From: Candidatus Brocadia sp.
GTDB lineage: Bacteria > Planctomycetota > Brocadiia > Brocadiales > Brocadiaceae
Length of the DNA stretch: 32,000 nt
Assembly (NCBI GenBank): GCA_021650915.1
Contig: CP091279.1
Coordinates: forward strand, 1,260,001 to 1,292,000
Reading direction: 5' to 3'
Shown: positions 20,126-27,364 of the stretch, piece by piece
How positions within the stretch are numbered: the first letter of the stretch is position 1
Layout: every line of letters starts with the position of its first letter
Position numbers and translations under genes: made by a program
The notes under the pieces: model-generated
What the model was told of the DNA's origin: nothing
Databases searched by the model: none
Seen by the model: only the letters and a program-made list of their open reading frames with translations

Positions 20126-20239
20126 AGTTCAATCGTCGCCGATTGAACTAAAACATTTGGCTTTTTTAATGGCTGGAACTAATTTAAAAACCCAAACCCC
20201 GTTCAAATATCCGGTTCAATCTACAAGATTGAACCAGCC
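20126..20239 (-). repeat. Conserved ~115-nt double-hairpin element, copy B (between pump-2 stop and ynfA start)
   Basis: The element reads AGTTCAATC/gtcgcc/GATTGAACT, then AAACATTTGG, 40 nt, GTTCAAA, 5 nt, then GGTTCAATCT/aca/AGATTGAACC and AGCC. Confidence 0.8.
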
Positions 20240-20324
20240 ACGTGAAGGGGGCAGACACATTTTTGCCCTCCCCTGTATCTCTTTTCATCTCCGCGTCCTC
20301 TGCGGTCTCTGCGGTAAAATTATT

Positions 20325-23300
20325 TTATGCTATCTTAATCCTTTTCGGAAACCATTGGTAGAGGGCAGGGATCACAAAAAGGGTCAAAAAACTGGAAAAA
20401 CATACCCCGCCAACGATTACTGTTGCCAACGGTTTCTGCACTTCAGCTCCTACATCGTTAGACATTGTCATAGGCAGCAATCCAATAATATCCGTCATAA
20501 CAGTAATAAGTATGGGCCTGAGTCGTGTCGAAGCCGCCTCGATGATGGCGTCTCTCGTTTCTCTCCCTTCCTGCAGGAATTCGTTGATAAATGACACCAT
20601 AACGGTGCCGTTTAATACACACAGTCCAAAAAGCGAAATAAATCCTACCCCCGCGGAGATACTCAGGGGCATATCTCTCAGGAACAAGGCCACAATCCCT
20701 CCTGTTGCTGCAAAAGGAACATTTACGTATATAAGGGCGGCATTTTTCAGGGAACGGAAACTCATATAGAGGAGCACAAAAATTAATCCCATGGAAAGGG
20801 GGATAACGATTGCAAGGCGATTCCTTGCCCGTTGCATATTCTCAAACTGTCCGCCCCAATCCAGATAATATCCCGGTGGGATATTCACGCCTTCCCGTAT
20901 CTTCTTTTGTGCCTCTGCCACAAAGCTGCCGATATCCCTGCCCCGGACATTGCACTCAACCACAATACGTCGATGTCCGTTTTCACGGCTGACCTGGGCA
21001 TGTCCTTCTTCAACATAAATATCCGCCAATTGGACGAGCGGCACACGCACACCGCCCGGGGCGCTGATCAGGATATTTTTAATTTCCTCAATGCTATTCC
21101 TTGATTCTTCCGTAAAACGGACCAAAAGGTCAAATCTCATTTGCTCTTCCAGCACCTGCGACGCGGCCCTGCCGCCAATAGCCGTGGTGATAACATCCTG
21201 TATATCTGACACATTGATTCCGTAACGGGCAATGGCGTCCCGGTCAATCTTTATCTGTATCACCGGCAACCCTGCCACTTGTTCACCTTTCACATCCTTC
21301 GCCCCCTCTATATGTGCAACAACTCGTTCGATCTCCTCTGCCTTCGACTTTAACACCTCATAATCCGCGCCAAAAAGCTTAATGGCAACGTCAGAACGGA
21401 CGCCGGCTATCAATTCACTGACCCTGAGCTCAATGGGCTGCGAAAAACTGTACTGTATGCCGGGGATCTTCTTCAAATCCTCTTCCATACGGGCAATGAG
21501 TCCCTCCTTGGTCCTTGCCGTCTTCCACTCTTTCTTCGGTTTGAGCATCACAAACACATCACTAATTTCCTGTCCCATGGGATCTGTGGCGATTTCAGCC
21601 CGTCCGGTCTTGGACACCACCGTCTCTACCTCCGGATATTTCATGAGCGTTTTCTCTACGAGCGTAGAGAGCTCCACCGACTTCTTTAACGAGACACTGG
21701 GCAGTCGCCGGGCGTTGATCGCTATGGCGCCCTCATCCAATTCAGGCATAAACTCTGAGCCTAAAAAGGGGACAAGGGCAAGGCTGGAAAGAAAGCACGA
21801 AGCGACAATGATAAGAGACATCCTGGGATGGAATACGGCCTTTTGTAAAAAAGGTTTGTAACGATTCTTTAAAAATCGCATAATGCGGTTATCTGCCTCT
21901 TCTTTCTGCAACGTTATCCTTATTCCCCCTTTTTTAAAAACAAGGGAGCACAGGCTTGGCATAATAACCAGGGCAACAAAGAGGGAACTCAGCATGGCAA
22001 GACTTACCGTGAGGGCTACCGGCTTGAACATCTTGCCTTCAACACCTTGCAAGGTCAGAAGCGGCACATAGATAATAATGATAATTCCAACGGCAAAGAA
22101 GACAGGACGCCCCACCTCTTGCGTTGCACGCAGTATTATTTCCTTGTAATCATCACTATTTTTTCTCAAGGTAAGGCGCTGGACAATATTTTCCACGGTG
22201 CAAACTGAACCATCAGTAATGTTGCCAAACCCCAGAGAACCGATACTCATTACCGTGGCTGCAATTCCTGCATGATACATGCCTGAAAAGGTTAAAATAA
22301 CCGTTAAAGGAACGGAGAAGGCAATAAGGAGTGATACCCGCCAATTTCCTACCGTTAACGTAAGAACTATGATTATCAGGGCAATACCGGAAATAACATT
22401 GGTAATCACCGTATGGATAACGTTATTGACAAGGTCGGTCCGATCGTAAAATGGTATGATATCAGCGCCTTTCGGCAGGTTTTGCCGAATCTCCTCAACC
22501 TTCCGCTTTACCCTTTCCACTACTGTGCGGCTATTTTCATCCTTGAGCATCATGGCAATACCCGCAACAACCTCTCCCTTGCCATCCTTAGTGACCGCCC
22601 CGTAACGCACCTCTGAACCCACTGCCACGTCGGCAATATTTTTTATATAAATGGGTGTGCCTTCCGGAGTGGCCTGAACGACGATATTTTCTATATCTTG
22701 TATGGTATTGATGAGACCAATCCCCCTTATGAGATACTGTTCAGAAGCATGCTCTATATATTGTCCGCCAGCATTGGCATTATTGGCCGCCAGGGCATCA
22801 AAGACCTGCCGGAGGGTAATATCATGCGTGACAAGCTTTTTGGGATCCACTTGCACCTGATACTGCTTTACAAAGCCGCCAAAGCTGTTGACCTCAATGA
22901 TCCCCGGGGTGTTCAGTAGTCTGGGTTTGATTATCCAGTCCTGGATGGTTCTCAGTTCCATGTTATCCTTGCCTTCTCCGGTAACCACGTATTGATATAT
23001 TTCACCCAAACCCGTGCTAATCGGACCCATGATAGGCTGAGCATGAAATACCTGCGGTAGCTGCTCTTTTGCCGTTTGTAACCGCTCCAAGACCAATTGA
23101 CGGGCAAAATAGATGTTTACGTGGTCGTCAAATACTACCGTGACCTGAGAAAGCCCCGTCTTTGAAATGGAGCGCACCTCCACGACATCCGGTAAGCTGC
23201 TCAAGGAGAACTCAATGGGAAACGTAATGAGTTTTTCCACTTCAAGAGGGCCGAGCCCAGGCACTTCGGTATTAATCTGTACCTGGTTTGTCGTAACATC

Positions 23301-23420
23301 GGGAACGGCATCAATTGGCAAGCGCACAAGATAATATAAACCCCATCCTGTAATGACGCATATCACAATAATGACAAGAAAACCTTGTTTTAGCGCATGT
23401 TCGATAAGTTTGTTGATCAT
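20325..23420 (-). CDS. Heavy-metal efflux RND pump, CzcA/CusA family (pump 2), with a divergent TM4 motif
   Basis: 1031 aa and collinear with pump 1: PIDAVPDVTTNQVQI, GLGEIYQY, ANNANAGG. TM4 reads GFGNITDGSVCTVEN (nt 22188-22232) instead of DFG...DGA...VEN. The start codon is ATG. Confidence 0.9.
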   Translation of the reverse strand: MINKLIEHALKQGFLVIIVICVITGWGLYYLVRLPIDAVPDVTTNQVQINTEVPGLGPLEVEKLITFPIEFSLSSLPDVVEVRSISKTGLSQVTVVFDDHVNIYFARQLVLERLQTAKEQLPQVFHAQPIMGPISTGLGEIYQYVVTGEGKDNMELRTIQDWIIKPRLLNTPGIIEVNSFGGFVKQYQVQVDPKKLVTHDITLRQVFDALAANNANAGGQYIEHASEQYLIRGIGLINTIQDIENIVVQATPEGTPIYIKNIADVAVGSEVRYGAVTKDGKGEVVAGIAMMLKDENSRTVVERVKRKVEEIRQNLPKGADIIPFYDRTDLVNNVIHTVITNVISGIALIIIVLTLTVGNWRVSLLIAFSVPLTVILTFSGMYHAGIAATVMSIGSLGFGNITDGSVCTVENIVQRLTLRKNSDDYKEIILRATQEVGRPVFFAVGIIIIIYVPLLTLQGVEGKMFKPVALTVSLAMLSSLFVALVIMPSLCSLVFKKGGIRITLQKEEADNRIMRFLKNRYKPFLQKAVFHPRMSLIIVASCFLSSLALVPFLGSEFMPELDEGAIAINARRLPSVSLKKSVELSTLVEKTLMKYPEVETVVSKTGRAEIATDPMGQEISDVFVMLKPKKEWKTARTKEGLIARMEEDLKKIPGIQYSFSQPIELRVSELIAGVRSDVAIKLFGADYEVLKSKAEEIERVVAHIEGAKDVKGEQVAGLPVIQIKIDRDAIARYGINVSDIQDVITTAIGGRAASQVLEEQMRFDLLVRFTEESRNSIEEIKNILISAPGGVRVPLVQLADIYVEEGHAQVSRENGHRRIVVECNVRGRDIGSFVAEAQKKIREGVNIPPGYYLDWGGQFENMQRARNRLAIVIPLSMGLIFVLLYMSFRSLKNAALIYVNVPFAATGGIVALFLRDMPLSISAGVGFISLFGLCVLNGTVMVSFINEFLQEGRETRDAIIEAASTRLRPILITVMTDIIGLLPMTMSNDVGAEVQKPLATVIVGGVCFSSFLTLFVIPALYQWFPKRIKIA

Positions 23421-23500
23421 TGTACTCGCAGATCTCTAAAATGTATTTGGGGAAAACTACTGGAATCTGTAGTTTCAGGTTTTTTCACGGGACTATCGCG

Positions 23501-24832
23501 CTAATGTGCGCACCCCTCTCCAAATTTTTCCTTCATGATCCCAGACTTAAGCAGAAAACCTCCCTTGACAACCACACGATCGTTCTTGTTTAGCCCACTG
23601 ACAACCTTTATATGGCCATCTACCTTCGTACCCAGGATCACATCGCGTCTTAAAAAAAATCCCTCGTGAAGAGGCACAAAGACAAAGCGGTTTTGGCCAT
23701 CTGACTGAACGGCCTCTTCAGGCACAATAGGTGAATTATTCGTTTTTTCTGAGTGATGCAGAAGCGATACCTTGGCAAACATACCAGGTTTTAATTTTTT
23801 ATGGCGATTGTCAACCTCTGCCCGGACCTTCACCGTGCGCGTCTTTTCATCAACGGTAACTCCAATATACGTAACAAGCCCCTCGAATTGTTCCTCCGGA
23901 TAAGAGGCAACCGATATCACCACCTTATTTCCAGGATTGACGACGGAAATGTCTTTTTCGTAGATATCAAACCATACCCACAGATTAGTGAGGTCGGAAA
24001 TAGTTACAATAGGGGAAAAGGCATCTTTGAGTTCACCAATAGCGACACTTTTTTCGACCACCGTGCCATCGAAGGGGGCAGAAAGAGTAAATAGGGAGGA
24101 TACTTGATCTTCCTTTATATCCTGGATGTCATCCTCCTGCTGACCCATGAGCATCAACTTCTCTTTAAGCGCTTTTAGCTCTATGCGTGCCTGTTCGTAA
24201 GTGTTTTCAGCTTCCAAAAAATGCTTTGTGGAAGAAATCTTTTGTTTATAGAGAGTCTTTTCCCTGGAATAGTTCTTTTTTGCCATTCTCAGCATTGCCA
24301 TTGCCTTCTTATAATTTGCCCTGACCTCGCCCAGTTCTATGCTATCCAATACAGCCAGTCTCTGTCCTTTCTTCACATGATCTCCCCAGTCCACAAATAA
24401 CTCCTTAACAACCCCTGATACCCTTGGGGAAACGATAACAAAACGGTCCCGGTTTGGTCCCACTGCACCTGTTGCCTTATGAGTTATTTCCATATCAAAC
24501 AATTCGACATTTTCAATGGTTATAATCTCTCCCAGTATCGATGTATCGACCTTGACGGCCCCCACCTCATAACGACACCCGTCACACTCGAGAATGGGGA
24601 CATTGTGTTCACATTGCTTTTTTAACAGTTCTTCATAGCTATTGTTTTTCATCGCAGGAACACACAAGGAGCACGCTGCCTCAGGAACACCGTGTTCCTG
24701 GCACATTTCATCTTTCTGTGCATCCAGACAACCCTGATGTGCTGCAACATCTGCAACAGGAAGGATACCCGTGCATAAAAGAATAATCATGAACCGGATC
24801 ATTGTGGTTTTAGATAACCGTAAATAAATCAT
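23501..24832 (-). CDS. RND periplasmic adaptor with twin Cys motifs at the N-terminus (adaptor 2)
   Basis: It has a signal/anchor sequence, then CQEHGVPEAACSLC and CEHNVPILECDGC (nt 24575-24703), then the adaptor core (SPRVSGVVKELFVDWGDHVKKGQRLAVLDS...). GGAAGAGGGA lies upstream of the ATG at 24832. ATG 24802 is an alternative start. Confidence 0.85.
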   Translation of the reverse strand: MIYLRLSKTTMIRFMIILLCTGILPVADVAAHQGCLDAQKDEMCQEHGVPEAACSLCVPAMKNNSYEELLKKQCEHNVPILECDGCRYEVGAVKVDTSILGEIITIENVELFDMEITHKATGAVGPNRDRFVIVSPRVSGVVKELFVDWGDHVKKGQRLAVLDSIELGEVRANYKKAMAMLRMAKKNYSREKTLYKQKISSTKHFLEAENTYEQARIELKALKEKLMLMGQQEDDIQDIKEDQVSSLFTLSAPFDGTVVEKSVAIGELKDAFSPIVTISDLTNLWVWFDIYEKDISVVNPGNKVVISVASYPEEQFEGLVTYIGVTVDEKTRTVKVRAEVDNRHKKLKPGMFAKVSLLHHSEKTNNSPIVPEEAVQSDGQNRFVFVPLHEGFFLRRDVILGTKVDGHIKVVSGLNKNDRVVVKGGFLLKSGIMKEKFGEGCAH

Positions 24833-24888
24833 ATGATTCTTTTTTCCCTCTTCCGTAGTTGAATGGTAAAATAATTTTCAAATCACCC

Positions 24889-26223
24889 TCATTGCTCCCG
24901 TATTTTCGTTACTGCCAGTCTCTCAATGTCTGCAATTATCAGATTTAAATTTTTCAGGGATTCTACATAGGAAATCCTCGTTTCAGCCCATGTCCTTTGT
25001 GCATCGAGGAGGTCAATATAATCAAACTCCCCCTCTCTGTATCCTCTTGTTATGAGCGTAAGCGCTTCATCCGCTTTGGGCAGAATCTTTTCCCTGTATT
25101 CCATGACACGTTTCCGTTCTATGTTGAATGAATTGAAATTTCTTCTTAACTGAAATAGCAGTTCGTTGTAAACCGACAGATTTTCACTTTTTGCCTTTTT
25201 TGCAAGGGCTTTCCCTTTTTGTATATTGCCCTGGTTACGATTAAAGAAGGGGGCCGGTATCTCAACGCCCAACTGTACGGTGTCTATGTTTTCCGCGGAG
25301 AGTCTTTTATAACCTGCAGACACCGTGATATCGGGGATAACCTGTCTCTTTTCCAGCATCAACTGCGTGTCAGCCACTTCAATATTCTTTTTTGACGCCT
25401 TAAGAGATGGTTGATTATCGCTCATCTGCAGTTCAAGTTCATGAAGAGCCAACGCACCGGGCTTCGACAAGAGATTACCCGTCACACCATCGATGACATC
25501 CTCCGGAATGCCCATCACCGTCTGTAATTCTTTTATAGAATTCTGGAGAACGCCTTCTGCATGGAACACGGAATTTTTTGCCATTGACAATTCCACCTCT
25601 GCCCTGAGGACGTTTGTAATGGCTACTTCTCCCGCTTCAAACCGGAGTTTCTCACTCGCGTAAATACCCTTTGCAATTTCCTCCACCTTTCTCGCTATGA
25701 CCAATCCTTCCTGATCTCCAACAACTTTATAAAATGCCTTTTTTGTGTTGGCCATAACCTCCAACAAAACAGTATCGCGTTCGAACTCATTTTTTTCCTT
25801 TGATTTTTCGCTGACCTTAATTCCTAACCCCCTCTTCCCACCCGTAATGATGGGCTGAGTCACGGCGACGAGATTTTGGCTTTGATTTAGCCCTATTTCG
25901 TTGTCAGGAATTTCTTCGGCTAACAATTCCAGGACAGGATTCGGATATAATCTTGATTGTCTTAATTCGCCTATGGCTGCGTCTATCTGATCTCTGGTTG
26001 ACTGCAATTGCGGATTCTTTTCAACTGCAATACGAATGGCATCTTCGAGTGATATTTTTTTGCTTGATACTTGATACTTCTCGTCCGCGACTGTGGCAGG
26101 AGAATCCTTTCCGAAGGCCATGAACCGGAAATTTGACAAAAAGGCAGAGACACCGACGATGAGGATAAAACAAATGCACATGCTTCTTTGAATACGAGGT
26201 TTAGATATCAACTGCATATTCAT
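24889..26223 (-). CDS. TolC/CzcC-family outer-membrane efflux factor
   Basis: Signal-like N-terminus and a two-repeat coiled-coil/beta-barrel OMF pattern (LEDAIRIAVEKNPQLQS...; ...DLLDAQRTWAETRISYVESL). It is the first gene of the OMF-adaptor-pump trio. The ATG at 26223 has GAAAGG upstream. The track start at 26229 is TTG. Confidence 0.8.
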   Translation of the reverse strand: MNMQLISKPRIQRSMCICFILIVGVSAFLSNFRFMAFGKDSPATVADEKYQVSSKKISLEDAIRIAVEKNPQLQSTRDQIDAAIGELRQSRLYPNPVLELLAEEIPDNEIGLNQSQNLVAVTQPIITGGKRGLGIKVSEKSKEKNEFERDTVLLEVMANTKKAFYKVVGDQEGLVIARKVEEIAKGIYASEKLRFEAGEVAITNVLRAEVELSMAKNSVFHAEGVLQNSIKELQTVMGIPEDVIDGVTGNLLSKPGALALHELELQMSDNQPSLKASKKNIEVADTQLMLEKRQVIPDITVSAGYKRLSAENIDTVQLGVEIPAPFFNRNQGNIQKGKALAKKAKSENLSVYNELLFQLRRNFNSFNIERKRVMEYREKILPKADEALTLITRGYREGEFDYIDLLDAQRTWAETRISYVESLKNLNLIIADIERLAVTKIREQ

Positions 26224-26259
26224 AAACAACCTTTCACGATAAATCGGGTAATGTAGCGT

Positions 26260-26289
26260 ATTATCCAGTACAAACTTTTTATAGTGTAA
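26260..26289 (-). promoter_or_regulatory. Candidate sigma70-type promoter for the OMF-adaptor-pump operon (TTACAC-18-GATAAT on the minus strand)
   Basis: Hexamers read from the minus strand, ~35 nt upstream of the ATG at 26223. This rests on motif resemblance only. Confidence 0.25.
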
Positions 26290-26334
26290 GTATCTCCATA
26301 TATATCCCGCTTGCTCGCTTTAACCGGCAGAAGT

Positions 26335-26361
26335 AGTTGACCGTTGGCAGTTGATAGTTGA
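26335..26361. repeat. Three direct AGTTGA(C/T) repeats (26335, 26349, 26356)
   Basis: Read directly: gtAGTTGAccgttggcAGTTGAtAGTTGAcat. They lie ~110-135 nt upstream of the OMF start, so they could be an operator. Confidence 0.5.
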
Positions 26362-26414
26362 CATAAATGATAAAGTCTTCATTGCCAACTTCATGAGCAC
26401 GACATTCCCGAGTC

Positions 26415-26447
26415 CACCCTGTCAGAGTTTAAAACCCTGATAGGGCT
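26415..26447. repeat. Dispersed 33-nt twin-hairpin element, copy 2 (CACCCT gtc AGAGTT taaa AACCCT gat AGGGCT)
   Basis: Same architecture and orientation as 7047-7079. Intergenic. Confidence 0.8.
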
Positions 26448-26722
26448 CATGATTTTCGTAGTTTTCGCTGAGCCGCAAAATTATCTTTGGAGGATACGGT
26501 CGATTAATGCGTGTCGTTCTCTTTACTCGCTTTGCCGACCAAAAACAACCCGGAGAAGTTTCTACAGAATTGCACCAGTAACAGTAGCCTTGGAAACTTG
26601 CCTAGAATAGGCCGAAGCGTCGCGCTATGTTTTCCGTGCTTTGTTGTGAGACACCACGGACAGTTACATGGTCAACATTCAGCCGAACGGCCCTGACGTA
26701 AAAAGACGAGCGTTAAAGGGTA

Positions 26723-27052
26723 TTATGCAGCGAAACGCGGTGGATGATAAATGATAGTCTGGAAAATGCTTTTGAAATGATTAACATGAAGGGTTTGAAC
26801 CCAACGGGGAGACCTATTGAGAAAGAGGAAAGATTTTTGCAGTAAACCCATGACTAAATTGTGGGTACACAGCAGGCAACAATGTGAGCAATGCTGATCA
26901 TCCATGGGAAGAGAATCAAGAACATCCTGATGGGATATAACTGCTGCTTCCTTTTCCGCACAATGCAACACATCGCCTTCCACACATCCCAATAATAAAC
27001 AATCGCCTGGCAATATGCACAAAAGAAACCATATCATCAAAATACCTTGCAT
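26723..27052 (-). CDS. Small Cys/His-rich protein (~109 aa) with a hydrophobic N-terminus; putative metal-binding accessory protein
   Basis: From ATG 27052 the product reads MQGILMIWFLLCILPGDCLLLGCVEGDVLHC...DDQHCSHCCLLCTH...IIYHPPRFAA. It lies upstream of, and on the same strand as, the efflux operon. No SD is visible, and the upstream part of the 151-aa track ORF is AT-rich low-complexity sequence. Confidence 0.4.
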   Translation of the reverse strand: MQGILMIWFLLCILPGDCLLLGCVEGDVLHCAEKEAAVISHQDVLDSLPMDDQHCSHCCLLCTHNLVMGLLQKSFLFLNRSPRWVQTLHVNHFKSIFQTIIYHPPRFAA

Positions 27053-27231
27053 GGTTTTTTTACAGAAAATAGTTTTATGCATAAAGAGAAAATAGAAATT
27101 AATCGTTGTATGGAGGTTTTTAAAGAAGTTTTCCTGTCCTGTAAAAATTTTCTTTTTCATAAAATTTTTACACCCCATTCAGAGTTCCCCCCATGCAAAG
27201 GAGGAATGAAAAGGGTCATCCAATCGTAACT

Positions 27232-27259
27232 TTGTAACACAATTTCGTCTTATGATAAT
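27232..27259 (+). promoter_or_regulatory. Candidate sigma70-type promoter for the sensor gene (TTGTAA-16-GATAAT)
   Basis: Hexamers read from the plus strand, ~105 nt upstream of the ATG at 27365. This rests on motif resemblance only. Confidence 0.3.
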
Positions 27260-27364
27260 TACCTGGCTACTATAAAAGCAAGAGGAAAATTAATTTTGAT
27301 TTACTCTCCATAAATCTGTAGGTATACTAATTGCGGAAATTTTGCATTATTATAAGGAGAAAAA

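Noticed and set aside
19585-20239. Double-hairpin elements as integron attC sites, tRNA-like sequences or terminators
   Set aside because: The termini (GTTCAAT / ATTGAAC) do not fit the attC core GTTRRRY / RYYYAAC, and no integrase is nearby. The GGTTCAATC stems are 9-10 bp with 3-6-nt loops, which is not a T-arm, and there is no cloverleaf. Neither hairpin is followed by a U-tract on either strand.
23454-23485. Stem AAACTAC-N8-GTAGTTT followed by T6 on the plus strand, resembling an intrinsic terminator
   Set aside because: The stem is weak, AT-rich and only 7 bp. It is on the strand opposite to the only genes here, in the adaptor-2/pump-2 junction, so it is probably fortuitous.
26511-26696. 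61-aa plus-strand ORF in the efflux-operon leader
   Set aside because: It has no SD, starts at a non-ATG codon, has no motifs, and is opposite in orientation to all its neighbours.
27053-27178. Upstream 42 codons of the 151-aa track ORF (MGCKNFMKKKIFTGQENFFKNLHTTINFYFLFMHKTIFCKKT)
   Set aside because: It is extremely AT-rich and Lys/Phe/Asn-rich, unlike coding sequence elsewhere in the window. I treat it as promoter or UTR DNA, with the ORF starting at ATG 27052. Even that shorter ORF is only moderately supported.
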